From positions 810,001-842,000 of the forward strand of contig NC_004460.2 in assembly GCF_000039765.1 (NCBI RefSeq): a DNA stretch of 32,000 nucleotides. The letters are read 5' to 3'. Source of the DNA: Vibrio vulnificus CMCP6. GTDB lineage: Bacteria; Pseudomonadota; Gammaproteobacteria; Enterobacterales; Vibrionaceae. Under the pieces are notes generated by a model that searched no databases, was not told where the DNA came from, and worked only from the letters and a program-made list of their open reading frames with translations. The translations under genes and the position numbers were made by a program. Positions 24,805-32,000 of the stretch are shown piece after piece (position 1 is the first letter of the stretch; every line of letters starts with the position of its first letter).

Positions 24805-24919
24805 ACCTCTTTCCTTCTCAACACTTTATTTTATCGACCTCCTTTGAAATCCCCGCAGTTTCCAGTACCTTATCCAACATTATAATTTTCATTGTTTTTA
24901 TTTTTTCGGGGGATACTTT

Positions 24920-26266
24920 GTGAGCGAATATCAGGATCTACCCTTACTGATCGAGCAGATTGCACAAGCAGAAGATGCTGAGCAGATCGTTTTGCTCAAC
25001 GATTCCATCGAGCATGGTCTCGAATCCGGCTCGATTGCACTGATTTTAGAATCGCAACCCGTTGATGATCGTGTGCGCTTGTGGCGTGCTTTGCCATTGG
25101 AAATGCACATTGATGTACTAACCGACATGCGTGCCGACGCGCGCTATTCCGTCATCAATGCCTTATCTGAGATAGAACTCAAACTCACCTTAGCGAAACT
25201 TGATAACCTTTCGTTGATCGAATGGGCAGATTCATTGCCTGAAGAGATCATCAACGAAGCACTGTCGTTGATTCAAAAAGATGAACTTGAACTGTTCGAC
25301 TTAGCGAACAAATACGGTGATGACGAGCTAGGCCGTTGGGCTGAGCGAAAAATCATTACCTTACCGTTTAATATCTCTGTTGATCGCGCAAAACGATTGA
25401 TGGAAAAATACAGTTTTGACACGCCGCAGCAAGTCTATCTCATCAATAAAAAGAAACAGTTTCGGGGCGTTGTGAATTACTACGAAATTTTGCGTAGCGA
25501 AGGCCATACCGTACTCAAGAATTTAGTGATTGACCCTGTCATTCTGCTAAGTAGTAAGATGGCGCTGGCGGAAGCCGTCGAAGCCGTCGAGCACAGCTCC
25601 TTACCTGCACTTCCTGTGGTTGATGAAGACCAAACACTGATTGGCGAGGTCGATTGGCAGTTTGCCCTCACCACACAAAGGGAAATTTACGAAGCGCGTT
25701 TAATGGCTGGTACGGGTATGGACGAAGGGGACGATCTCTTCGCGCCAGTCATCAAAAGTTCGAAAAAACGCGGTGTATGGCTCGGGATTAACTTGCTCAC
25801 CGCGATACTTGCCTCTGTCACCATTGGTCTGTTTGAAGACGTGATAGCGCAAGTGGTGGCGCTGGCAGTGTTGATGCCGATAGTCGCTTCCATGGGGGGC
25901 ATTGCCGGTAGCCAAACCTTAACACTGATGGTTCGTGCTATGGCGCTCAATCAGATCACGCCAGGTAACCGCTTTGCCTTGTTCAAAAACGAATTCGGCA
26001 TTGGTGCGATAAATGGCTTGCTTTGGGCGATCATCATCGGCGGGCTTGCGGCTCTTTGGTTCCAGTCCCCTCTCCTTGGCGGAACCATCGCATTAGCGAT
26101 TATCGTTAATATTATTACCGCGGCGATGTTTGGCGTGCTGATTCCAATCATTCTCGACAAATTGGATCTTGATCCTGCACTGGCAGGTTCCGTGATTCTC
26201 ACTACCGTCACGGATGTGGTTGGTTTCTTTGCCTTTCTTGGCACTGCCAGTTTGGTTTTGCTTTAA
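24920..26266 (+). CDS. mgtE: Magnesium transporter MgtE
   Basis: The gene has a GTG start with SD GGGGGA. The 448-aa protein has an N-domain, a CBS pair, and a C-terminal TM domain containing PIVASMGGIAGSQT and TVTDVVGFFAFLG. Confidence 0.9.
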   Translation: MSEYQDLPLLIEQIAQAEDAEQIVLLNDSIEHGLESGSIALILESQPVDDRVRLWRALPLEMHIDVLTDMRADARYSVINALSEIELKLTLAKLDNLSLIEWADSLPEEIINEALSLIQKDELELFDLANKYGDDELGRWAERKIITLPFNISVDRAKRLMEKYSFDTPQQVYLINKKKQFRGVVNYYEILRSEGHTVLKNLVIDPVILLSSKMALAEAVEAVEHSSLPALPVVDEDQTLIGEVDWQFALTTQREIYEARLMAGTGMDEGDDLFAPVIKSSKKRGVWLGINLLTAILASVTIGLFEDVIAQVVALAVLMPIVASMGGIAGSQTLTLMVRAMALNQITPGNRFALFKNEFGIGAINGLLWAIIIGGLAALWFQSPLLGGTIALAIIVNIITAAMFGVLIPIILDKLDLDPALAGSVILTTVTDVVGFFAFLGTASLVLL

Positions 26267-26310
26267 GCGGCCATCACCGCATTAAGGACCTTGACCTCAA
26301 GGTGAAAGTA

Positions 26311-26337
26311 AACGGAAGCTCGAAGCTTCCGTTTTTT
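26311..26337 (+). terminator. Rho-independent terminator of mgtE
   Basis: The motif is AACGGAAGCT-CGA-AGCTTCCGTT followed by TTTT. Confidence 0.85.
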
Positions 26338-26486
26338 ATTCCGTTGTTCTGCCTTTGACTTTATCAACCCAAACCACACTGACATCACACTCCCTCACTG
26401 GGCTAAACACCTCACCCAATTTATAAATAGATTCATTATTAGCTTTAGTTATTACACCACCCTATCAATAGCGTTTTAATTATAAA

Positions 26487-26512
26487 TTGCAAAACGCAAT
26501 TGCAATTTGCAA
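26487..26512 (+). promoter_or_regulatory. Two abutting LuxO-type enhancer sites
   Basis: The sites are TTGCAAAACGCAA (26487-26499, one mismatch) and TTGCAATTTGCAA (26500-26512, a perfect match to TTGCA-N3-TGCAA). They lie about 75-100 bp upstream of the -24 element. Confidence 0.75.
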
Positions 26513-26584
26513 TCACCTCAGAAAACTAAGCAACCAATGTCACAGAAACCATGGTAAAAACGCGGAATTTGGCGCTAAAAAAAG

Positions 26585-26602
26585 TTGGCACGCTTTCTGC
26601 TT
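26585..26602 (+). promoter_or_regulatory. Sigma-54 (-24/-12) promoter of the qrr gene
   Basis: The sequence is TTGGCACGCTTTCTGCTT, with GG at 26587-88 and GC at 26599-600. This is the canonical TGGCAC-N5-yTGC spacing. The sRNA 5' end lies 12 nt downstream. Confidence 0.8.
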
Positions 26603-26611
26603 ATATAAACG

Positions 26612-26719
26612 TGACCCTTATTAAGCCGAGGGTCACCTAGCCAACTGACGTTGTTAGTGAACTTGATTTGTTCACATGTATATAAGCCAATCGCACCTTT
26701 TGCGGTTGGCTCTTTTTTT
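26612..26719 (+). ncRNA. qrr: Qrr quorum-regulatory sRNA (Qrr2-4-like paralog), 108 nt
   Basis: The sRNA has four elements:
- a 5' hairpin TGACCCT/AGGGTCA
- the invariant core GGGTCACCTAGCCAACTGACGTTGTTAGTGAA
- a second hairpin GTGAAC/GTTCAC
- a terminator AGCCAATCGCA/TGCGGTTGGCT followed by CT7. Confidence 0.9.
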
Positions 26720-26826
26720 ATCTATCCGCTCTAACTTCCCTACGAAACACTTTCCTTTCTTTGTCAAATTCTCTTAGGCTATCGAGAGATTCATTATTCA
26801 AAAGCCATCATTGCAATCCATCCGTC

Positions 26827-27735
26827 ATGATTATGAAAACCAATTATCAACAACGTTTGATCCCTGTGATTCGCTATCTCGAGAACCACTTTGACACGCC
26901 TCTAAACCTAGAAGAAGTGGCTCGTCTGGCCCACCTTTCTCCTTACCATTTCCATCGCATCTTTAAAGCGGTCACTGGTGAGACGCTTAATGAATACTTG
27001 CGTCGCCTTCGACTGGAAAAGATTGCCAATCTGCTGTTTTACAGCAAACCCAGCGTGACTGAGGTGGCGCTAGACTATGGATTCTCCAGCTCGCAAAGCT
27101 TAGCGAAAGCATTTCGGCAGCATTTTGGACTTACGCCCTCACAGATTCGACAGTGTGAAACGCTTGAACAGTTTGCTCTGGTGCTACAAGAGAGCAAGAT
27201 AGGACACACGCTGCGCAAGAATGGACACGAAGCACTCACTGAACCCTCATACACTGGAGGGGAATCACAAACATGGAGTAGCACAATGGATATTCAAACA
27301 TTCCCAGCCAGTAAAATTGCTTATATTCGTGTCACTGGTGAGTACGGCAAAAACTACGAATCAGCCACACAAAAGTTATATCAATGGGCAGGACCACGTG
27401 GTTTGGCGGGCAACACCTGTATTTTCATTTATCACGATAACCCTGAGATTACCCCTGCGGACAAATGTCGAACGGACATCTGCTTGCTCAACTGTGAAAA
27501 TGCGGAGGGAAATGGCGAGCTCGAAATCAAAGACTTTCCTGGCGGTGAGTATGCGTTCATCCGTAAAACCATTACCGATAACGCGCAATATGCCACCGCG
27601 TGGGACGAGTTGATGGCACGGCTTGTCGAGCGTGGCTTGGAGTCGGATGAGCGTCCTTGCTTTGAGCTGTATCATTCCTATGATCCACAGACCCAGCACG
27701 CGGATGTCAGTTTCTGCACTGCCGTTACAGCCTAA
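26827..27735 (+). CDS. AraC-family regulator with a C-terminal GyrI-like effector-binding domain (Rob/SoxS-type N-terminus)
   Basis: The start was chosen at ATG 26827 (MIMKTNYQQRLIPVIRYLENH). The HTH pair is LEEVARLAHLSPYHFHRIFK...VALDYGFSSSQSLAKAFRQHFGLTPSQIR. The C-terminal half is GyrI-like (YIRVTGEYG...GGEYAFIRK). Confidence 0.8.
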   Translation: MIMKTNYQQRLIPVIRYLENHFDTPLNLEEVARLAHLSPYHFHRIFKAVTGETLNEYLRRLRLEKIANLLFYSKPSVTEVALDYGFSSSQSLAKAFRQHFGLTPSQIRQCETLEQFALVLQESKIGHTLRKNGHEALTEPSYTGGESQTWSSTMDIQTFPASKIAYIRVTGEYGKNYESATQKLYQWAGPRGLAGNTCIFIYHDNPEITPADKCRTDICLLNCENAEGNGELEIKDFPGGEYAFIRKTITDNAQYATAWDELMARLVERGLESDERPCFELYHSYDPQTQHADVSFCTAVTA

Positions 27736-27904
27736 ATCGAAACTGGGTGAGCGGTTGCTCACCCATGCTCACAAACAAAACGTATTAATGTCAGATAATT
27801 CATAAAAATAAGCGATAAAACAAACTCGATACCACTCTTTATTTTTCACTTATTGAAAATCACATCTATTTGTTTTTATTAAGTAAAAAAAACAACAAAG
27901 TCAA

Positions 27905-27920
27905 ATGCAAACGTTTTATT
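27905..27920. promoter_or_regulatory. Candidate PurR operator upstream of codBA
   Basis: ATGCAAACGTTTTATT compares with the PurR consensus ACGCAAACGTTTGCGT. The GCAAACGTTT core is intact, with about 12 of 16 positions matching overall. Confidence 0.5.
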
Positions 27921-27933
27921 AACAAAAACATCA

Positions 27934-27961
27934 TTGACAGCCTTGTTTTCATCACCATAAT
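27934..27961 (+). promoter_or_regulatory. Candidate sigma-70 promoter of codBA
   Basis: The motif is TTGACA (27934-39), a 16-nt spacer, then CATAAT (27956-61). A second perfect TATAAT at 27989-94 lacks a good -35 element. Confidence 0.5.
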
Positions 27962-28023
27962 ACGCGCCGTTTACCCAAAATTTGGGTCTATAATGACTAT
28001 TCTATTGTATCGTGGAGGTAAAA

Positions 28024-29262
28024 ATGGCGGCCGATAATAACTTCAGTTTGGGCCCGGTTCCCAACTCAGCCAGAAAAGGCGTTGCGTCTTTAACCATGGT
28101 GATGTTAGGGCTCACTTTCTTCTCCGCGAGTATGTGGACGGGCGGTTCACTCGGTACTGGACTCTCATTTAACGATTTCTTCCTCGCTGTTCTCATTGGT
28201 AACCTCATCCTCGGTATTTACACTTCTTTCCTAGGTTACATCGGCGCTTCTACTGGTCTCTCTACTCACCTTCTTGCTCGTTTCTCTTTTGGCTCTAAAG
28301 GCTCTTGGCTTCCTTCCGCACTGCTTGGTGGTACACAAGTCGGTTGGTTTGGTGTTGGCGTGGCCATGTTTGCGATTCCAGTCAACAAAGCGACAGGCAT
28401 TGATACCAATACCCTCATCGTCATTTCTGGTCTATTAATGACGGCGACGGTTTACTTCGGTATCTCTGCGCTGATGGTGCTATCTGCCATTGCAGTACCA
28501 GCAATTGCGTTACTCGGCGGATACTCGGTAGTAGAAGCGGTAAACAGCGTGGGTGGTGTGGCAGAGCTGCAAAAAGTACAACCTGCGCAACCGCTGGACT
28601 TCTCTGTGGCTCTCGCCATGGTAGTTGGCTCTTTCATCAGTGCAGGGACGCTGACCGCAGACTTCGTACGATTCGGCAGAAAGCCAAAAGGCGCGGTGAT
28701 GGTCACTATGGTGGCATTCTTTATCGGCAACTCACTGATGTTTATCTTTGGCGCTGCGGGCGCGGCAGTCACTGGTCAATCCGACATCTCCGAAGTGATG
28801 ATTGCGCAAGGTCTGCTTATCCCGGCGATCATTGTGCTTGGTTTGAATATCTGGACCACCAACGACAACGCGCTTTACGCATCCGGTCTAGGCTTCTCTA
28901 ACATCACAGGCTTGCCAAGCAAATACATCTCCATGGTGAACGGTTTGGTCGGCACGTTATGCGCACTATGGCTGTACAATAACTTTGTCGGCTGGCTAAC
29001 CTTCCTGTCGCTTGCCATTCCACCCATTGGTGGCGTCATCATTGCGGATTTCTTTATCAACCGTAAACGTTATTCCAATTTCGCCGCAGCAGAGTTCCAA
29101 ACAGTCAACTGGGCTGGCATTATCGCCGTAGCGATTGGTGTGGTTGCAGGTCACTTCCTACCAGGTGTAGTACCTGTCAATGCGGTACTCGGCGGCACAA
29201 TCAGCTACCTGATTCTCAATCCTATTCTAAATAAAAAGAGACTGGCCGAACTGCCAGCGTAA
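28024..29262 (+). CDS. codB: Cytosine permease CodB
   Basis: The start is at the ATG after SD GGAGG. MAADNNFSLGPVPNSARKGV...LGLTFFSASMWTGG...NIWTTNDNALYASGLGF is nearly colinear with E. coli CodB as I recall it. Confidence 0.92.
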   Translation: MAADNNFSLGPVPNSARKGVASLTMVMLGLTFFSASMWTGGSLGTGLSFNDFFLAVLIGNLILGIYTSFLGYIGASTGLSTHLLARFSFGSKGSWLPSALLGGTQVGWFGVGVAMFAIPVNKATGIDTNTLIVISGLLMTATVYFGISALMVLSAIAVPAIALLGGYSVVEAVNSVGGVAELQKVQPAQPLDFSVALAMVVGSFISAGTLTADFVRFGRKPKGAVMVTMVAFFIGNSLMFIFGAAGAAVTGQSDISEVMIAQGLLIPAIIVLGLNIWTTNDNALYASGLGFSNITGLPSKYISMVNGLVGTLCALWLYNNFVGWLTFLSLAIPPIGGVIIADFFINRKRYSNFAAAEFQTVNWAGIIAVAIGVVAGHFLPGVVPVNAVLGGTISYLILNPILNKKRLAELPA

Positions 29263-29271
29263 GGAACCATC

Positions 29272-30549
29272 ATGACAACACTATTGATCAAGAACGCAAC
29301 GCTTAAGGGACAGGAAGGTCTCCAGCAAATTTTGATTGAGGATGGTCAATTCACGCGTATTGAAAACAACAATGTCGAACTCAATTACACTGGTGACGTT
29401 CTTGATGCCGAGGGCGGCATGGCGGTCGCCCCGTTCTGCGAGCCGCACATTCACCTTGATACCACGCAAACCGCGGGTGAGCCAAGCTGGAATATCTCCG
29501 GGACACTTTTCGAAGGCATCGAGCGTTGGGCTGAGCGCAAAGAGACGCTGTCGATTGAAGATGTCAAATCGCGCGCGAAGCAAACACTTAAGTGGCAAAT
29601 CGCCAACGGTGTGCAACACGTTCGTACTCATGTTGACGTATCAGACCCGACTCTAATCGCGCTAAAAGCGATGGTGGAAGTGCGTGAAGAGATGAAAGAG
29701 TGGGTAGACATCCAAATCGTTGCATTTCCGCAAGAAGGCATTCTGTCTTACCCGAACGGCAAAGAGTTGCTAGAAGAAGCGGTTCAATTGGGTGCGGATG
29801 TGATTGGTGCGATCCCTCACTTTGAATTCACCCGCGAATACGGCATCGAGTCGCTGCATTATGTGTTTGAACTGGCCCAAAAATACGATCGTTTGATCGA
29901 TGTGCACTGTGATGAGATTGATGATGAGCAATCGCGCTTTGTTGAAACGCTGGCAGCACTGGCACACAAGTTCAACATGGGTCACAAGGTAACCGCAAGC
30001 CATACAACGGCAATGGGTTCTTATAACGGTGCGTACGCCTCTCGCCTCTTCCGTTTGCTGCGCATGTCGGGCATCAACTTCGTGGCGAACCCGCTGGTCA
30101 ACATCCACCTTCAAGGTCGCTTTGATGACTACCCGAAACGCCGTGGTGTCACGCGCGTAAAAGAGATGCTCAACGCCAACATCAACGTCTGTTTTGGTCA
30201 CGATGACGTGTTTGATCCTTGGTACCCACTAGGCACAGCAAACATGCTGCAAGTGCTGCACATGGGTCTGCATGTTTGCCAAGTGATGGGATACGACCAA
30301 ATCAACACCTCACTTGATCTGATCAGCACCAACTCAGCGCGTACGCTGAACATTCAAGACAAGCACGGTATTGAAGCAGGTAAACCTGGTAGCTTGCTGA
30401 TCCTTCCAGCGGAAAATGGTTTTGATGCTGTGCGTCGCCAAGTGCCGGTTCGTTACTCTGTTCGTCACGGTAAAGTGATTGCGGAAACGCAACCTGCGAC
30501 AACGCACATCCACCTTGGTGAGCGTGAACAAGTCACTTTTCAGCGCTAA
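29272..30549 (+). CDS. codA: Cytosine deaminase CodA
   Basis: The metal-binding motif [13 protein letters not shown], plus [22 protein letters not shown] and [15 protein letters not shown], are colinear with E. coli CodA as I recall it. Confidence 0.92.
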   Translation: MTTLLIKNATLKGQEGLQQILIEDGQFTRIENNNVELNYTGDVLDAEGGMAVAPFCEPHIHLDTTQTAGEPSWNISGTLFEGIERWAERKETLSIEDVKSRAKQTLKWQIANGVQHVRTHVDVSDPTLIALKAMVEVREEMKEWVDIQIVAFPQEGILSYPNGKELLEEAVQLGADVIGAIPHFEFTREYGIESLHYVFELAQKYDRLIDVHCDEIDDEQSRFVETLAALAHKFNMGHKVTASHTTAMGSYNGAYASRLFRLLRMSGINFVANPLVNIHLQGRFDDYPKRRGVTRVKEMLNANINVCFGHDDVFDPWYPLGTANMLQVLHMGLHVCQVMGYDQINTSLDLISTNSARTLNIQDKHGIEAGKPGSLLILPAENGFDAVRRQVPVRYSVRHGKVIAETQPATTHIHLGEREQVTFQR

Positions 30550-30577
30550 CATTGGTGATAAATGCCTTTGAAGACGA

Positions 30578-30602
30578 AATTGGCCCATCGGGCCAATTTT
30601 TT
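30578..30602 (+). terminator. Rho-independent terminator of codBA
   Basis: The motif is ATTGGCCC-ATC-GGGCCAAT followed by TTTTT. Confidence 0.85.
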
Positions 30603-30804
30603 CATTCAACCCCATTAATATGGAATCAATCTCACATAAATATTAAGTAATTTAATAATAAATTGTGGAATATTTGCGCACTTAAAAAATCACGACTAGT
30701 GTTAAGACAACCCAGTGAACCTGAAAAGAGATAGCGAATTTTCAGAATTCACTAACAACGTCACACTCACAACTCTCATATCAATGATAATAACTCAATA
30801 TTAA

Positions 30805-30831
30805 ACGGCTCCCTTAGGAGCCGTCTTTGTT
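30805..30831. terminator. Hairpin downstream of the Lon-like gene (possibly bidirectional)
   Basis: The stem is ACGGCTCC-CTTA-GGAGCCGT. On the plus strand it is followed by CTTTGTT. On the minus strand it is followed by TTTAATATT. Confidence 0.55.
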
Positions 30832-30871
30832 ACTAGAAAATCAACACATAAAATATTGATTTTATTAGTTA

Positions 30872-32000
30872 TCACTTTCTCAGCGCGTTGAGTTTGGCTT
30901 GAGCAATACCAAAGATAGTGTCAATGGGGTAGCTGCCATCATCGGTGGGCTCGCCCGCCGATTTGCCGGTAAAGATCTCAATTGCTTCAGTGACATGGTC
31001 AATCGCCCAAATATGGAAATCGCCTTTTTCTACGGCTTTAACAATATCTGGTCTCAACATCAGATTATGCACATTCGAGCGTGGAATAATCACCCCTTGT
31101 TGATCATGACGACCTTTGATAGCACACACATCAAAGAAGCCTTCGATCTTCTCGTTTACCCCGCCAATCGGCTGTGACTCACCAAATTGGTTCATCGAGC
31201 CGGTGATCGCGATATCCTGTCGGTTTGGCTGTTTAGAAAACGCCGACACAACGGCACACAACTCCGCCATGCTGGCGCTATCGCCGTCCACACCGCCATA
31301 CGATTGCTCAAACGTAATCGTCGTCGTCAGTGGCACTTTCGCATTACGGCCAAATACCGATGAGAGGTAAGCCGACAATATCATCACGCCTTTAGAGTGA
31401 ATGCTGCCCCCCAAATCCACGCTACGTTCAATATCGATCACCTCACCATCACCATAACAAGTGGTGGCAGTAATACGGTTTGGCGCGCCAAATGCGTGAT
31501 CACTGGTACTCAAAACAGAAAGTGCATTTACTTGGCCCACCGCACTACCTTCGGTACGAATTAACGTGGTGCCATTAATAAATCCTTCCATCACAGCATC
31601 TTGCAATCGGCTCACTCGCATTTCTTGATTGCTCAGAGCCTCCTCAACGTGACCGATGCGGATCATGTTAGAGTTAGACTGCTTGGCCACATAGTTCGAC
31701 TCACGTAGCAAATTGGCAATGTGCGCCGAATGCAATGAGAGCTTGCCTTGGTCTCCCACTAGACGAGAGCTGTGCTCAATGATGCGCGCAATGGCTTTCT
31801 TATCGCAATGCAGCATGCCATTGTCGTGCACCACACTGGAGATAAAGCGCGCGTACTGAAGTTCAGATTCCGGTGTACGCTTCATTTCATCTTCAAAATC
31901 GGCCGTGACTCGGAACAGCTCGCTGAACTCTGGATCGTAGTGTTGTAACAACTGATACGTGCGATAGTCGCCAAACAAAATGATCTTAATGTCGAGAGGA
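30872..32000 (-). CDS. Lon-like (S16 family) ATP-dependent protease, C-terminal part; the gene continues past the right edge
   Basis: The Lon proteolytic domain shows a Ser-Lys dyad context (GGVDGDSASMAELCAVVSAF and IGGVNEKIEGFF). The reading frame stays open upstream of the ORF-track TTG (..LDIKIILFGDY..) up to position 32000. Confidence 0.85.
   Translation of the reverse strand, partial: PLDIKIILFGDYRTYQLLQHYDPEFSELFRVTADFEDEMKRTPESELQYARFISSVVHDNGMLHCDKKAIARIIEHSSRLVGDQGKLSLHSAHIANLLRESNYVAKQSNSNMIRIGHVEEALSNQEMRVSRLQDAVMEGFINGTTLIRTEGSAVGQVNALSVLSTSDHAFGAPNRITATTCYGDGEVIDIERSVDLGGSIHSKGVMILSAYLSSVFGRNAKVPLTTTITFEQSYGGVDGDSASMAELCAVVSAFSKQPNRQDIAITGSMNQFGESQPIGGVNEKIEGFFDVCAIKGRHDQQGVIIPRSNVHNLMLRPDIVKAVEKGDFHIWAIDHVTEAIEIFTGKSAGEPTDDGSYPIDTIFGIAQAKLNALRK

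Noticed and set aside
24779-24919. Possible Mg2+ (M-box) riboswitch upstream of mgtE
   Set aside because: Only about 115 nt are available after the upstream hairpin. I see no extended conserved helices. The region looks like a plain promoter (TATAAT at about 24881) plus an SD.
27878-27886. Shared 9-mer ATTAAGTAA (27878-27886 and 30642-30650) flanking codBA, considered as direct repeats of an acquired cassette
   Set aside because: A single 9-mer match between two AT-rich spacers is close to chance expectation. No integrase, IS element or longer repeats are present.
30783-30801. Fur-box-like ATCAATGATAATAACTCAA
   Set aside because: Only about 11 of 19 positions match the consensus. It lies downstream of both flanking genes, next to a terminator, where there is nothing for Fur to regulate.
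1-32000. Scan for CRISPR arrays, integron attC/VCR repeats, IS inverted repeats, tRNA/rRNA, toxin-antitoxin pairs and known defence-system signatures
   Set aside because: I could see no regularly spaced repeats, transposase or integrase-like ORFs, cloverleaf-type sequences, or nuclease/ATPase/reverse-transcriptase-type ORFs. All long ORFs are accounted for by ordinary metabolic, transport or regulatory families.

Overview
This window reads as ordinary core chromosome of a Vibrio/Vibrionaceae-type gammaproteobacterium. It holds about 31 protein genes on both strands. I saw no rRNA, tRNA, IS element, integron cassette, CRISPR array or prophage. The recognisable genes fall into these groups:
- **Housekeeping and transport:** yceH (partial), yeeX, a MATE efflux pump, a long-form GAPDH, a Prx5-type peroxiredoxin, mgtE, and codBA.
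- **Export cluster:** a LysE-family exporter, a YjeH-like exporter, and tandem AsnC and LysR regulators.
- **Signalling:** a hybrid histidine kinase divergent from a single-lobe PBP-like protein plus a porin-like outer-membrane protein, and an RstAB-like two-component pair next to an orphan lipoprotein.
- **Regulator-linked pairs:** a LysR regulator divergent from a divergent PurA paralog, a MocR regulator co-transcribed with a class II glutamine amidotransferase and divergent from a PNPOx-like gene, and an AraC regulator divergent from a YiaW/YiaV-like pair (DUF3302 + HlyD).
- **Right edge:** a Lon-like protease, partial.

The most important feature missing from the ORF track is a complete Qrr quorum-regulatory sRNA locus at 26487-26719. 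It has two abutting LuxO-type sites, a sigma-54 -24/-12 promoter, and a 108-nt sRNA carrying the invariant Qrr core and a terminator.

I found no convincing new multi-gene defence or mobile system. The best candidates for under-described biology are:
- the hybrid kinase / half-PBP / porin module
- the LysR-linked PurA paralog
- the MocR / GATase / PNPOx cluster, with a three-copy AATTGG motif in its control region
- the TACA-repeat-rich control region of the RstAB-like system

All homology statements come from by-eye comparison with sequences I remember, not from database searches.
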